Origin: Gemmatimonadota bacterium
Lineage (GTDB): Bacteria; Gemmatimonadota; Gemmatimonadetes; Gemmatimonadales; GWC2-71-9
Assembly: GCA_041477065.1 (NCBI GenBank)
Contig: JBGOUQ010000002.1
Span: forward strand, 82,033 to 146,032
Length of the DNA stretch: 64,000 nucleotides
Reading direction: 5' to 3'
Shown piece after piece: positions 9,682-24,833 of the stretch; the first letter of the stretch is position 1; each line of letters opens with the position of its first letter. A model generated the notes under the pieces. It worked only from the letters and a program-made list of their open reading frames with translations. It made no database searches and was not told the origin of the DNA. The translations under genes and the position numbers were made by a program.

Positions 9682-10511
9682 CCGCCGTCCGTTCTCCGGA
9701 AAACGTCGTGGAACAACACGCGCGCCATCGCCCGCGCGCGATACTGGGCCGTGGAGCGGACATCGTCGATCGGCGCCACGTCGCGGGCGATCACGGGCAG
9801 CAGGTCCGCCGGTGACCGGATGGCGGCACCCTCCTCAAGGAGTCGCTCGATGCCCGGGCAGCGGCGAATGGTGGGCGCCATGCTCGCCGCGACCACGCGC
9901 CACCCCCCCGCCGAGTGCGTCACGGCGAGCCCCACCTTGGCGATCGCCTGCGCGCGGCGCGCGCCGACTTTCACGAACCGCTGAAACGCGTAAGGGCGCC
10001 TGGGAATCCTGATCGCGACCACGAGCTGGTCGGGACGGCGTTCCAGTTGCTTGTAGCCCCGGTAGAACCGGTCGAGCGGAATCTCCTCCCGCCCCGCGAC
10101 CGACTCGAGCACCACCACGGCATCGTAGGCCATCAGCACGGGGACCCCGTCGGCGGCCGGGGAGGCGTTGACGATGTTGCCGGCCCAGGTGCCGCGCGCC
10201 TGGATCTGGATCGCCCCGACCTGGCGCGCGGCGTGCGCCAGCAGCGGCAGCTCCCGCGCCGCGCGCGCGTCGCGAATCACGTCCCAGTACGTCGTGAGGG
10301 CGCCCAGCACCAGGGCGTCCGCGGTCCACTCGAGCGGCGGTAAGTCGGCCAGCGCCGAGAGATCCACGTAGGTCCGGTCGTGCTCTGCGAAGCGCTGCGG
10401 CCAGTGCACCAGCAGGTCGGTGCCACCGGCGATCGGTACGGCGCCCGGGGGGGGAGCGGCGGCCAGCATCTGCAGCGCCTCACGCCGGGTCCCCGGCAGC
10501 AGGACGCTCAC
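9678..10511 (-). CDS. xanthine dehydrogenase-family molybdoenzyme, FAD-binding (medium) subunit
   Basis: 277 aa. AVPIAGGTDLLVHWP, TWAGNIVNASPAADGVPVLMAYDA and a CO-dehydrogenase-flavoprotein-like C-terminus. 4-nt overlaps on both sides. Confidence 0.85.
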   Translation of the reverse strand: MSVLLPGTRREALQMLAAAPPPGAVPIAGGTDLLVHWPQRFAEHDRTYVDLSALADLPPLEWTADALVLGALTTYWDVIRDARAARELPLLAHAARQVGAIQIQARGTWAGNIVNASPAADGVPVLMAYDAVVVLESVAGREEIPLDRFYRGYKQLERRPDQLVVAIRIPRRPYAFQRFVKVGARRAQAIAKVGLAVTHSAGGWRVVAASMAPTIRRCPGIERLLEEGAAIRSPADLLPVIARDVAPIDDVRSTAQYRARAMARVLFHDVFRRTDGG

Positions 10512-10975
10512 GGCCGGCCAGCCTGGGCCGGCATCGCCGCCTCGATGCCTTCAATGATCCCGTCATAGCCCGTGCAGCGGCACAGGTTCCCCGCCATCAG
10601 CTCGCGCACGGTGTGCGTCGCGAGGACCTCGGGGTGATTGACGATCCAGCGCGCGGTCATGACGACGCCAGGGGTGCACGCCCCGCATTGCGTCGCGCCC
10701 GCCCGCAGCAACGGCTCCAGCGCGGCTGCGTCCGCCGCTTCGACGGTGTCCACGCGGCGGTTGCGAACCTGATAGGTCGGGACCAGACAGGAATTCACCG
10801 GCAGGCCGTCGAGCCAGACGGTGCAGGCGCCGCACTCCCCCTCCCCGCACCCTTCCTTCGCGCCCGTCAGGCCGAGGCGGTAGCGGAGCGTGTCGAGCAG
10901 GCGCTCGGCCGCCGGCGCAGAGACGGTCGTCGCCGCGCCGTTCAGCGTGAAAGACACCGCGAGAGCCGGCATCAA
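10508..10975 (-). CDS. xanthine dehydrogenase-family molybdoenzyme, [2Fe-2S] (small) subunit
   Basis: 155 aa. GCGEGECGACTV, NSCLVP, QCGACTPGVVM, NLCRCTGY (two 2Fe-2S cluster motifs). Confidence 0.9.
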   Translation of the reverse strand: MMPALAVSFTLNGAATTVSAPAAERLLDTLRYRLGLTGAKEGCGEGECGACTVWLDGLPVNSCLVPTYQVRNRRVDTVEAADAAALEPLLRAGATQCGACTPGVVMTARWIVNHPEVLATHTVRELMAGNLCRCTGYDGIIEGIEAAMPAQAGRP

Positions 10976-13146
10976 TCGAACAGCGCCATCAGACGCTCAG
11001 GCGTCAGCGGGATCTCCCGCGGGTCGGTGCCCGTCGCCTCGGCGACGGCGTTCAGGATCGCCGGCGCTGGGCCGTCGATCGGCAGCTCGCCCAATCCCTT
11101 GGCGCCCTGTGCGCCGTGGGCGTACGGGGCCTCGAGAAACGCCACCCGGATCGACGGCACGTCGTCGCTCGTGGGGATGATGTAATTGGTGAGCTGGTTG
11201 TTGGTCATCGCGCCGTCTTTCCACTTGCATTCTTCCATGAGCGCCCAACCGATCCCCTGAGCGACGCCGCCCTGCACCTGGCCCCGGGCGAGGGTCTCGT
11301 TGATCACCTTGCCGATCTCCTGCACGGCGACGAAGTCGGTGACCCGCACCGCGCCGGTGCGGAGGTCCACCTCCACCTCGGCGACGTAGGCCGCCCAAGC
11401 GAAGGCGCCATAGGCGTCGCCGCGGTACGTCGTATCGTTCCAGTTGATGGCAGGCGGCTTCTCATAGACGGCTTCGCCGACGACGCCTCGGCGTCGCGAC
11501 GCCCTTAGCGCCGCGCGCACGGCGTCGCCGCGTGCGGACTCGGGGAGCCCCAGGCGGCGTCGCAGGTCGTCACAGGCGCGCTCCACCAGCCGCCCGACGA
11601 CCATGGTCGTGCGCGAGGCGACGGTCGGCCCGCTGTTCGGCACCCGCGCGGTGTCCGCCTCGGCGATCACCACCTCCTCGGGCGCCAGGCCGAGCCGGTC
11701 CGCCGCGATCTGGGTGAACACAGTGATGGCGCCCTGCCCCATCTCGATGTTGGCCGACCGGACTTCGACCCGGCCGTCCTCGAGCCCCGCCACCTGGAGC
11801 CGGGACTTGAGGTAGACCTCGCCACCCCCCGTAAAGCCACCGCCGTGGTAGAAGGTGGCGAGGCCCATGCCCCGCCGGGTGGTCGGATGGGTCGCGTTGT
11901 GCGCGGCGTGGGCGCGCCGCTTGCCTCGCCAATCCGACAGCTCGAGCGCGCGTTCGACCACCGCGACGCGGTCGGCACCGTCGGTGATGACCTGGCCGGT
12001 CGCGGTACTCTGACCGTCGCGGATCAGGTTGATGCGTCGCAGCTCGACCGGATCCACGCCGAGGGTGCGGGCGATCACGTCCATGTGACGCTCGCAGGCG
12101 AACAACGTCTGCGGCGCGCCGAAGCCCCGGAACGCGCCGAACGGCACGGCGTTGGTGAACACGGCACGGCCGTCGATCCGTACGTGCTCGCATGCATACG
12201 GACCCGCCGCATGGATGATCCCCCGCGACAGCACCACCGGCGACAGCGTCACGTAGGCGCCCCCGTCCATCAGCACCTCGATGTCCTGGGCGAGCAGGCG
12301 GCCGTCCTTGGTGAGGCCCGTGCGGTGGCGCACGCGCGCCGGATGGCGCTTGGTGGTCGCGGCCATGTCCTCGCCGCGGTCGTAGATCATCTTGACGGGA
12401 CGCCTCGCCTTCAAGGCGAGCAGGGCGGCGTGAATGGCGAGGTGCGAGGGGAATTCCTCCTTGCCGCCGAAGCCGCCGCCGGTCGGCGCTTGGATCACGC
12501 GCAGCCGCGACTCATCACGCGCCAGCGCGTGCGTCAAGGCGGCGAGCACGTAGTAGGGGCACTGCATAGATCCCCGGATCACGACCGTGTCGCCCTCGAG
12601 CGATGCAATCATCCCCTGGGGCTCGAGGTACACGTGCTCCTGCGCTCCCGTCTCGTACACTCCCTCGACGACCACGGGAGCGTCCGCCAGCGCCCGCTCC
12701 ACGTCGCCCTTTTCAATCTTCAGGTGCTTGAGGACGTTGTCCGCACCGTACTGGATCTGGTCCGGGCGCGGCGGCTCGCGGAAGTCGAGCGCCGGCGGCT
12801 CGGGAGCGACGACCACCTCGACGGCCTGCACGGCGCGCCGCAGTTCGTCGCGGTCGGGATGGGCGAGCAGGAGCACCGGCTCGTGGACGTGGCGCACGAC
12901 GCCGGCCGCGAGCACCGGCTGATCCTGCTCGATCAGGTGGACGACGTTGGGGCCGGGGAGGTCGCGGTGGTCCACGACGATGAACTGGGACCAGTCCACG
13001 TCCCGGCCGAACCGGATCGCCGTGACGCGACCGCGGGGCGCCGGGCTGCGTACCGTCATCCCCCAGAAGAAGCCGTCGAGCGGCAGATCGTCCACGTAGC
13101 GCTCGCGGCCGGTGAGCTTGGCCAGGCCCTCGCGACGCTGCAGCAC
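10972..13146 (-). CDS. xanthine dehydrogenase-family molybdoenzyme, molybdopterin-binding (large) subunit
   Basis: ORF 10972..13923. The real start is most likely GTG 13146, just after the upstream stop (VLQRREGLAKLTGRERYVDDLPLDGFFWGMTVRS). Contains APTGGGFGGKEE, FRGFGAPQ and a GELP-type C-terminal motif. About 724 aa. Confidence 0.85.
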   Translation of the reverse strand: MLQRREGLAKLTGRERYVDDLPLDGFFWGMTVRSPAPRGRVTAIRFGRDVDWSQFIVVDHRDLPGPNVVHLIEQDQPVLAAGVVRHVHEPVLLLAHPDRDELRRAVQAVEVVVAPEPPALDFREPPRPDQIQYGADNVLKHLKIEKGDVERALADAPVVVEGVYETGAQEHVYLEPQGMIASLEGDTVVIRGSMQCPYYVLAALTHALARDESRLRVIQAPTGGGFGGKEEFPSHLAIHAALLALKARRPVKMIYDRGEDMAATTKRHPARVRHRTGLTKDGRLLAQDIEVLMDGGAYVTLSPVVLSRGIIHAAGPYACEHVRIDGRAVFTNAVPFGAFRGFGAPQTLFACERHMDVIARTLGVDPVELRRINLIRDGQSTATGQVITDGADRVAVVERALELSDWRGKRRAHAAHNATHPTTRRGMGLATFYHGGGFTGGGEVYLKSRLQVAGLEDGRVEVRSANIEMGQGAITVFTQIAADRLGLAPEEVVIAEADTARVPNSGPTVASRTTMVVGRLVERACDDLRRRLGLPESARGDAVRAALRASRRRGVVGEAVYEKPPAINWNDTTYRGDAYGAFAWAAYVAEVEVDLRTGAVRVTDFVAVQEIGKVINETLARGQVQGGVAQGIGWALMEECKWKDGAMTNNQLTNYIIPTSDDVPSIRVAFLEAPYAHGAQGAKGLGELPIDGPAPAILNAVAEATGTDPREIPLTPERLMALFD

Positions 13147-13148
13147 GA

Positions 13149-15934
<2,786 letters not shown>

Positions 15935-15938
<4 letters not shown>

Positions 15939-17563
15939 GGCAGCGCCTTGGCGGCGCACGTGCCGTCGGCGCGCCGCAGCGTGGGATACGCGATCCCCAG
16001 CTGCTCGAGGTAGGTCCGATAGCGCGTCGGGTCGTAATAGAACTTCCGCATTTCGGGCCGGTACCTCTCCATAGTCCGCGCGTTCAGCTCGATCGCCGGC
16101 CGGTCCTCGGGGCGCATCAGCGGCTGGTAATGGACCGTCTTGGTCTGGACGTTCCGGAAATAGTCCCACGCCTGCTGGACCAGCTCGGGGCGGAGCAGGA
16201 AGTCGAGGACGGTCATCGCCATCGCCTTGGCCCCCGCCGTGATCCCCTTATGGGCGATCGGCGTCGCCATGGTGATCGCGTTCGACCAGTTGTGCCCCGG
16301 CAGCCCCGGAATGTTGGAGGGGTAGCGCAGCGTGACCGTCGGCAGGTTCCAGGAGACGTCGCCGATGTCGTCCGAGCCTCCGCCTCGGCGGTCCGCCTCC
16401 CGCAGCGGGCCCCGCAGCGTGTCCAGCTTCACCGCGAGCCCGGAGTCCGGAGCGCCGACCTCCTTCTGCACCGCGCGGGCGAGCCCCTGATCGGCCTCGC
16501 TCCACTGCGGCAGGCCCACCTGCTTGATGTTCGCAGTCATGACCTCGGCGATCACCTTGTTGAAGTGCCCCGGCCACGCCGAGCCGAGGATACGCTCGGA
16601 GGCGAGCGTGGTGCCGGTCATCATCGCCGCCGCCCGCGCCAGCGTGTCGCCGAGGGCGAACAACTCCTGGATGTGTGGGTAATCGATCTCCCGGAAGTAA
16701 TACCAGACGGATGCGGTGGGGGGCACGACGTTGGGCTGATCGCCACCATCCACGATCACACTGTGCGAGCGCTGCTGGAGCCGCAGATGCTCGCGCCGGA
16801 AATTCCAGCCCACGTCCATCAGCTCGACGGCATCGAGCGCGCTGCGGCCCCGCCAGGGGGCGCCCGCCGCGTGCGCGCTCCGTCCCTGGAACGAGAACAG
16901 CACGGAGACGAGCCCGGTCCCTTCGCCCTGGCCCCAGGACGTGGTGAAGTTGTTGTCGACGTGGGAGAACAGCGCGATGTCCACATCCTGGAACAGCCCC
17001 GCGCGCACGTAGTAGGCCTTGGTACCCACCAGCTCCTCGGCGACACCGGGCCACAGCCGGATCGTCCCCGGAATGTGGTCGCGCTCCATGATCGCCTTGA
17101 CGGCGAGCGCGGCGGTGATGTTCACCGCCTGGCCGGAGTTGTGCCCCTCCCCGTGGCCGGGCGCCCCATCGATCATCGCCAGATGGCAGGCGACCGCGGG
17201 GAACTGCGACGCCTGCGGGATGTCGTCGATGTCCGAGCCGAGGGAGATCACCGGTTTCCCCGAGCCCCAGGTGGCGACCCAGGCCGTCGGGATGCCGGCG
17301 ACGCCCTCTTGAACGGTGAACCCGTTCTGCCGCAGCAGGTTCACGAGGTAGCGGGAGGTCTCGACCTCCTGGAAGCCGAGCTCGGCGTAGCTGAAGATCT
17401 GGTCGCTGATCTGCTGCGACAGCTGGCTGTGCGCCTCGACGTCTCTCACCGCGTCGCGTTTCAACGCCTCCAGCCGGGCGGGAAGAGGCGGAGGGGAGGG
17501 CTGCTGCGCGATCGCGGGCACGGCGATGAGGGCGAGCACCGGCAAGATCCGAAGCGGCGGCAT
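15935..17563 (-). CDS. secreted M20-family amidohydrolase (AbgB-like)
   Basis: 542 aa. Signal peptide MPPLRILPVLALIAVPAIAQ. ELGFQEVETSRYL, GSDIDDIPQASQ, GHGEGHNSG are typical of M20D aminobenzoyl-glutamate-utilisation-type enzymes. Confidence 0.8.
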
Positions 17564-17594
17564 CCGAAGCTCCTGTAATGAGGAGGCGAGGGAA

Positions 17595-18008
17595 TTAAGC
17601 TACCCGCCCCCCCGGCGGTGGGCGAGCAGCCGACCGGCTGCGCTCAGTGCGGTGGGCGCGCCAGCCCCAGAAGACGAGTCCGGCGATCGCAGCCGTGGCC
17701 CCGCTCGCCACGAGCCCGACGAGGATCGAGCTCCCGCCCCAGGCGACGGAGGCGAGGCCCGCGGTGGCCGTGACGGCAAGCCCCCAGAGCGCGAGCAGAA
17801 CGCCGGCAGAGCGGTGCTTCAGGCCCATCGCCACGAGGCTGGCAATTGAGAGGACGCCGTACAGCAGCTGGGTCGCGGTCGCGAGATACTGGCCCGTCGT
17901 GGCCGCGGAGGGCGCGGTGTTCAGGCCCTCCACTACGCCGATGTAGGCGGTGAGGAGCAGGAGTCCGCAGATGGCGGCGAGCCGCAGCGCAGACCAGACC
18001 TTGGACAT
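17595..18008 (-). CDS. hypothetical 4-TM membrane protein
   Basis: 137-aa ORF with four hydrophobic segments. Codon third positions look GC-rich. No recognisable family. Confidence 0.6.
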   Translation of the reverse strand: MSKVWSALRLAAICGLLLLTAYIGVVEGLNTAPSAATTGQYLATATQLLYGVLSIASLVAMGLKHRSAGVLLALWGLAVTATAGLASVAWGGSSILVGLVASGATAAIAGLVFWGWRAHRTERSRSAARPPPGGRVA

Positions 18009-18017
18009 GCGGAGAAG

Positions 18018-20702
18018 GTGCCCGTCACCATCGTCTCCATCAAGGGCGTTCGCGCCGTCGCCGCATCACGGCGATATTTCGACCGCGTGACCCGCTCCGT
18101 CTCCCTCCTCGCCGCCGGTCTGCTGCTCGTCCCGCGACCCGCCGTCCCGCAGGCGCAGACGCCCTACCGCGACCCGCGCCTCCCGGTCGCCGAGCGCGCG
18201 CGAGATCTGCTCGGCCGCATGACGCGGGAAGAGAAGTTCTGGCAGCTGTTCATGATCCCCGGCGACCTCGACGACTCCACCCACGACTACTCGCACGGCG
18301 TCTTCGGACTTCAGATCGCGACGGTCCAAGGCGCGCCCGGTGCGAATCCGGCGCGTGCCCACGCCGAGCGCATCAACGCCATCCAGCGTCACTTCGTCGA
18401 GCGGACGAGGCTCGGCATTCCCATCATCCCGTTCGACGAGGCGGTGCACGGCCTGGTGCGCGAGGGCGCCACAGTGTTTCCCCAGGCGATCGCGCTCGCC
18501 GCGACCTGGGACACCGCGCTGGTCGGGGACGTCGCCCGCGCCATCGCGCGCGAAGCGGGCAGTCGCGGCGTACGCCAGGTGCTCTCCCCCGTGCTGAACG
18601 TCGCGAGCGACGTCCGCTGGGGGCGTGTCGAGGAGACCTATGGCGAGGATCCCTTCCTCGCCGCGCTCATGGGTCGCGCGTTCGTCGCGGCGTTCGAGCG
18701 CGCCGGCATCGTGACGACCCCCAAGCATTTCGTCGCGAACGTTGGCGAGGGCGGGCGCGACAGCTACCCCATCGACGTCGACCAGCGCCTGCTGGACGAG
18801 GAGTATTTCCCCCCGTTCCGAGCCGCGATCGCGTCCGGCGCCCGGTCCATCATGGCCGCCTACAACTCCGTGGACGGCACGCCGGCCACTCAGAGCCGAG
18901 CGCTGCTGACGGACAAGCTGAGAGGCGAATGGGGCTTCGGTGGCTTCGTGGTTTCCGACGCGGCGGCGACCGCCGGCGCCACCGTGCTCCATTTCACCGA
19001 GCCGAGCACCGCCGCCGCGGCGAAGGATGCGCTCGACGCCGGACTCGACGTGATCTTCCAGTCGTCGTTCGAGCAGCACCGCCCCTACCTGGACGCGTTC
19101 CGGCGCGGCCTGATCGCCGATTCCGTCATCGACACCGCGGTGGCGCGCGTGCTGCGCACAAAGCTCGAGCTGGGGCTGTTCGAGCATCCCTACGTGAACC
19201 CCGACAGCGCCGCCTACTGGAACGGACACGCCACGCACCGCGCGCTGGCTCTCGCGGCGGCACGCGAGGCGATCGTACTGTTGAAGAACGAGCGGGGTGT
19301 CCTCCCCCTCTCGCGGGCGATGCGGTCCGTCGCCGTGATCGGCGACGACGCGGCCGAAGCCCGCCTGGGCGGCTACAGCGGTCCCGGCGCCCGGAAGGTG
19401 TCGATCCTGGACGGCCTGCGCGAAAAGGTCGGCGCGATGGTCGAGGTGCGCTACGCCCCCGGCCCGGGTCGCTTCAGGCGCGAATACCTGACGGTTCCCG
19501 TCGCGCGGCTCACCTCCCTGCGCGGGGAGTACTTCGACAACATCCGCCTCGACGGGCAGCCGCGGATGGTGCGCGCCGACTCCCTCGTGGACTTCGGATG
19601 GACGCTCTCTTCACCCGGACCGGGAATCCCCCTCGACTGGTACTCGGTGCGATGGAGCGGCACCCTCACCGCGCCGGCAGCGGGAGGGGTGCACCGGATC
19701 GGGGTCGAAGGCAACGACGGCTACCGGCTCTACCTCGACGGCAAGTTGTTGATCGACGACTGGAAGAAGCAGTCCTCTCGCGTGCGTCTCGCCGACGTCA
19801 CGCTCGCGCCGGGCACGGTCCACGACCTGCGGCTCGAGTACTTCGAGACCACGGGGAACGGGCACGTGAGGCTGGTGTGGGACGCGGGCGCGGCGGACGA
19901 CTGGCGGGGGATGATCGACAGCGCGGGCGCCGTCGCCCGCCGCAGCGACGTCGCCATCGTCGTCGCGGGGATCGAAGAGGGCGAGTTTCGCGACCGCGCC
20001 TTCCTCGGCCTTCCCGGCCACCAGGAGGAGCTGATCGCGGCGGTCGCCGCGACCGGCAAGCCGGTCGTGGTGGTGGTCATCGGTGGGAATGCCGTGACGA
20101 TGGCGCGCTGGCTCGATCGGGTGGACGCGGTGATCGACGCCTGGTATCCGGGGGAGGAAGGAGGCCGGGCCGTGGCCGACGTGCTGTTCGGCGACTACGA
20201 CCCGGCCGGCCGGCTCCCGATCACCCTCCCGGTCGCCGAAGGCCAGCTCCCGCTGCGCTACAACCACAAACCGACGGGACGGGGGGACGACTACCTCGAT
20301 CTGACCGGCCAGCCGCTGTTTCCCTTCGGGTTTGGGCTCAGCTACACGACCTTCGACTACTCGGCGCTCACGATCGCTCCCGCGGAGGTGGGGACGGGCG
20401 GGACGGCCGTCGTGCGGTGCCGGGTGAAGAACAGCGGGGCGCGCGCGGGCGACGAAGTCGTGCAGTTGTATGTGCGCGACCTGCTCGCCTCGGTGGCGCG
20501 CCCCGTGATGGAGCTGAAAGGGTTTACCCGCATCCACCTCGCCCCAGGCGAGGAGCGCGAGGTGCGCTTCGATCTGGGTCCGGCGGAGCTCCGCATGCTG
20601 GACCGCGACCGACGCTGGGTGGTCGAGGCGGGCGTCTTCCGCGTGCTGATCGGCGGCTCCTCCAGGGACATCCGGCTACGAGGGGACCTCACCGTGAAGT
20701 GA
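18018..20702 (+). CDS. glycoside hydrolase family 3 beta-glucosidase with an inserted PA14-like domain; start uncertain
   Basis: 894-aa ORF. RMTREEKFWQL, VLSPVLNVASDVRWGRVEETYGEDP, GFGGFVVSDA. A PA14-like stretch (GEYFDN...DGYRLYLDG) lies between the GH3 domains. Alternative GTG starts at 18048 or 18087 would give a normal signal peptide and a longer intergenic gap. Confidence 0.85.
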   Translation: MPVTIVSIKGVRAVAASRRYFDRVTRSVSLLAAGLLLVPRPAVPQAQTPYRDPRLPVAERARDLLGRMTREEKFWQLFMIPGDLDDSTHDYSHGVFGLQIATVQGAPGANPARAHAERINAIQRHFVERTRLGIPIIPFDEAVHGLVREGATVFPQAIALAATWDTALVGDVARAIAREAGSRGVRQVLSPVLNVASDVRWGRVEETYGEDPFLAALMGRAFVAAFERAGIVTTPKHFVANVGEGGRDSYPIDVDQRLLDEEYFPPFRAAIASGARSIMAAYNSVDGTPATQSRALLTDKLRGEWGFGGFVVSDAAATAGATVLHFTEPSTAAAAKDALDAGLDVIFQSSFEQHRPYLDAFRRGLIADSVIDTAVARVLRTKLELGLFEHPYVNPDSAAYWNGHATHRALALAAAREAIVLLKNERGVLPLSRAMRSVAVIGDDAAEARLGGYSGPGARKVSILDGLREKVGAMVEVRYAPGPGRFRREYLTVPVARLTSLRGEYFDNIRLDGQPRMVRADSLVDFGWTLSSPGPGIPLDWYSVRWSGTLTAPAAGGVHRIGVEGNDGYRLYLDGKLLIDDWKKQSSRVRLADVTLAPGTVHDLRLEYFETTGNGHVRLVWDAGAADDWRGMIDSAGAVARRSDVAIVVAGIEEGEFRDRAFLGLPGHQEELIAAVAATGKPVVVVVIGGNAVTMARWLDRVDAVIDAWYPGEEGGRAVADVLFGDYDPAGRLPITLPVAEGQLPLRYNHKPTGRGDDYLDLTGQPLFPFGFGLSYTTFDYSALTIAPAEVGTGGTAVVRCRVKNSGARAGDEVVQLYVRDLLASVARPVMELKGFTRIHLAPGEEREVRFDLGPAELRMLDRDRRWVVEAGVFRVLIGGSSRDIRLRGDLTVK

Positions 20703-20731
20703 GGACCCCCCGCCCCCCCACACCCCAGCCG

Positions 20732-21397
20732 TCACTGTCCCGTCGCCTGCCGCTCGGTGTTGATGAACGCCACCAGCGACGCGATCTCCGCGGGCTTGAG
20801 GTGCAGGTTGGGCATCTCCCAGGACCCGGACCGCACTCCCGCGTAGACCGCGGACGGATTGGCCAGGAACCGCGTGAGGTACTCCGGGGGGAAGCGCCGA
20901 CCGGTCAAGTCGGGCGCATTGGCGACGCTGGTCGTGTTGACGTCGCGATGGATGTGGCAGGTGACGCAGCCTTTGGCCACGAAGAGTCGCCGCCCGCGAT
21001 CTCCGGCGGCGAGGGGACGAGGCGCCGCGGCGCCCGCGGCAATCGCCGGGATCGGCATGAGGGTCGAGTGGCTGTTTCCGAACCCGCTCTGAATCGTGAT
21101 CGTCCACACGCCGGTGTCGGCCACGGTGAGCGCCGCGATGTACTGGCCGGGCTCCGTCCCCGGAGTTGCCGCGGCGGTCGCGGTGAGGCGTCCGTTTGTG
21201 GCTTCGATGCTGGGGCGGAGACTGCCGAGCAGGGTGACCCCGTGCTGGCGTACGGTGAAGGTGAGCGTGGTCGGCTGCCGGGCCACGACGTAGTCCGGCA
21301 GGTCTTCGACGGTGATCGACGCCCAGCCGCCGTAAGCCGCGATCGCCGGGAGCAACGCCACGCCTGCCAGGATGAGGTGCAACGGTCTCTTGCCCAT
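20732..21397 (-). CDS. exported mono-haem cytochrome c domain protein
   Basis: ORF 20732..21427, with likely start MGKRPLHLILAGVALLPAIAA at 21397. Beta-rich N-terminal domain and a C-terminal GRRLFVAKGCVTCH haem-binding motif. Confidence 0.7.
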   Translation of the reverse strand: MGKRPLHLILAGVALLPAIAAYGGWASITVEDLPDYVVARQPTTLTFTVRQHGVTLLGSLRPSIEATNGRLTATAAATPGTEPGQYIAALTVADTGVWTITIQSGFGNSHSTLMPIPAIAAGAAAPRPLAAGDRGRRLFVAKGCVTCHIHRDVNTTSVANAPDLTGRRFPPEYLTRFLANPSAVYAGVRSGSWEMPNLHLKPAEIASLVAFINTERQATGQ

Positions 21398-21517
21398 CTG
21401 TCCCTCCTTGGTGGAACGGAGCGGCACGCCTTCCCCACGTCTACCCGGGGCGCCGTCAGTCCCGGTCGGAGGTGAGATGCCGCGGAGGGAGCTGGGGTTT
21501 GAATGGTCGGGACAGCG

Positions 21518-22078
21518 CTATTTCGGCCACAGCCATCCGAACACGCCCGCCGTCAGGAGCGCATAGATCAGCCCGTCCACAGTCGTCTTGATCGTCGTGA
21601 GCCAGGAACGGTGGTACCAGATCGACATCTGCCAGAGGGCGACCGAGTAGCCGATGAACGCGGTGACGCCGGCGAACCGGAAGACGCGCAGGTAGGGGAC
21701 GCCGGCGGGCAGCGCGCGCCCGGCCACGTAGGCGGCAAAGACCCCGACGACCACAGAGTACAGGAACCAGATGGCCAGGGTCTTCCCCATCTGCATCGTC
21801 CCGTTCGGGACCACCGTGAGGAGGACGACCGGACCCCGCTTCATCTTCTCGTCGAACTCCGGCGAGCGCATCTCCTGCGTGCCCGAAGGGCGGGGGATGA
21901 AGTAGTCGCCCGGCGGGATGTTGAGCGGCCGAAGCGCGTCCATCACCTTGTCTTCGTTCGGCATCTTGGGGTAGTCGCTCTTATGCCAGGGAGACGCCAT
22001 ATGGATGATGGAGCTCATCACGAAGACGATCACCGCCGACAGCAGGATCGGGAGCCACAGTACGAGTAACCCGGTCAT
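21518..22078 (-). CDS. hypothetical membrane protein
   Basis: 186-aa ORF with several TM helices ([21 protein letters not shown]...). No family recognised. Confidence 0.65.
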   Translation of the reverse strand: MTGLLVLWLPILLSAVIVFVMSSIIHMASPWHKSDYPKMPNEDKVMDALRPLNIPPGDYFIPRPSGTQEMRSPEFDEKMKRGPVVLLTVVPNGTMQMGKTLAIWFLYSVVVGVFAAYVAGRALPAGVPYLRVFRFAGVTAFIGYSVALWQMSIWYHRSWLTTIKTTVDGLIYALLTAGVFGWLWPK

Positions 22079-22157
22079 GCCTACCTCCTAGAGTGGGACA
22101 ACCAGCCGATCAACGGACGGGGCATAAGCTGCGGGCCGCGGCAGCGGCCCGCCAGCG

Positions 22158-22871
22158 TCAAGCAGGCACGGCCAGAGAGGCGATGCGGGCACGCGTGTGC
22201 CTGATCCACAGCTCCGCCGCGCCGAGCGTGATCGCCCACGACGTCCAGATCGAGAGGACAAAGAGCGCCCGTGGCGGCAGTCCGGCCGGGGTGAATGCGA
22301 TTTCCAGGGCCACTCCGACGACTCGCATAGTCGAGATGCCGATCGCGATGGCGAACGCCCGGATCATCCACTCCCGGTGACGCGCCACCTGATGCCTGCG
22401 GATGGCGATGAAGGCCCGGGTTACGGCGACGAGGAACAGACCGCCGAAGAGGGCGATCGCCGCCGCCTCGCCCGGTCCGCCGTACGGCATGAGCAGGCCA
22501 AAGTACAGCGCGGTGACAGCGGTGACGCAGCCCGCCAGCAGGAGGAGGCGACCGGACCAGCGGTGAACCCGGATGTGGCGCCGGCGAATGCGGGCCGAGA
22601 ACTGGAGGGGGGCGAGCGCGAGAAAGATGCCGCCGGGAAGAATGTGCAGCAGCGTCGGGCCGGGGTGGGCGGCGAAGCGGCTGTCGAACCGATCCAATAT
22701 TTCCGCCCGTTGCGACGCGAAGGGATCGTCGCGATGCAGAACCGTCATCATCCGCACCCGGACGGGCTCCACACGCGTGATGAAAACGGTCGGGAACGCG
22801 GCTCGGCCGACCGCCACTCCCAGGCCGATGAGGACGAGCAGGACCACGCCGCACCACAGGAGGCGAATCAC
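22158..22871 (-). CDS. DUF2306-like multi-TM membrane protein
   Basis: 237 aa. The pattern [16 protein letters not shown]...HRWSGR...[12 protein letters not shown] resembles the DUF2306 family. The call is tentative. Confidence 0.6.
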   Translation of the reverse strand: MIRLLWCGVVLLVLIGLGVAVGRAAFPTVFITRVEPVRVRMMTVLHRDDPFASQRAEILDRFDSRFAAHPGPTLLHILPGGIFLALAPLQFSARIRRRHIRVHRWSGRLLLLAGCVTAVTALYFGLLMPYGGPGEAAAIALFGGLFLVAVTRAFIAIRRHQVARHREWMIRAFAIAIGISTMRVVGVALEIAFTPAGLPPRALFVLSIWTSWAITLGAAELWIRHTRARIASLAVPA

Positions 22872-23843
22872 GGAATTAGCACGACCTTCCCCGTGGTCTT
22901 CCTTCCTTCCAGCTGCCGGTGCGCCTCGGCGGCCTGCGCCAAGGGAAGCTCGAGGCCGATGCGAAGCTTCACCTTACCCGCCCCAATCCACCCCAGCACC
23001 TCTCCCGCCCGCGCCAGCAGCTCCGTCCGCGTCGCCGTGTAATGCGCCAGGGTGGGCCGGGTCAGGAACAGCGAGCCCTTCTGGTTCAACACCTGCGGAT
23101 CGATCGGTCTCACCGGTCCGCTCGATTGGCCGTACAACACCATCACTCCGCGTTTGGCGAGCACATTGAGGCCCTTCTCGAACGTCGTATTCCCCACCGA
23201 GTCGTACACCACCTGCACCCCTGCTCCGCCGGTGATGCGTTTGACTTCGACTTCGAAGTCCCGCTCGGTGTAGCGGATCACCTCGTCGGCGCCGGCGTCG
23301 CGCGCCAGCCGCTCCTTTGCTTCCGTGGACACGGTGCCGATCACCCGCGCCCCCCTCAGCTTCGCGATCTGCACCAGCAGCAAACCCACGCCACCCGCCG
23401 CCGCGTGGACGACACAGGTGTCGCCCGACTTCAGTGGATAGGTGGACGTCGCGAGATAGTGCGCCGTCATCCCCTGGAGCATCACGGCTGCACCCTGCTT
23501 CGCGCTGACGCCTGCGGTGAGCGGCACGAGCCGGTCCACCGGCACGACCGCGTACTCGGCGTAGGCGCCCAAGACGCCCGTGTAGGCGACGCGGTCACCG
23601 GCCTTCACCTCCGTCACGCCGGCGCCGACCGCCACCACCACGCCGGCCGCTTCCTGGCCGAGGATGAACGGGACTCCGACCTTGTACAACCCAATCCGCT
23701 GATAGACGTCGATGAAGTTGACGCCCGCTGCCTCTATCTTCAGGAGCGCCTGGCCCGCGGCGGGCGCAGGCACCGGCACGTCTTCATATCGCAGCATCTC
23801 CACGCCGCCCGTGGCATGAACGCGGATCGCCTTCATCGTGCCG

Positions 23844-23851
<8 letters not shown>
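22868..23851 (-). CDS. qor: NADPH:quinone oxidoreductase (zeta-crystallin type MDR)
   Basis: ORF 22868..23917. Likely start is Met 23851 or Met 23836 ([23 protein letters not shown]). Contains [16 protein letters not shown] and [15 protein letters not shown]. Confidence 0.85.
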
Positions 23852-24830
<979 letters not shown>

Positions 24831-24833
24831 CGA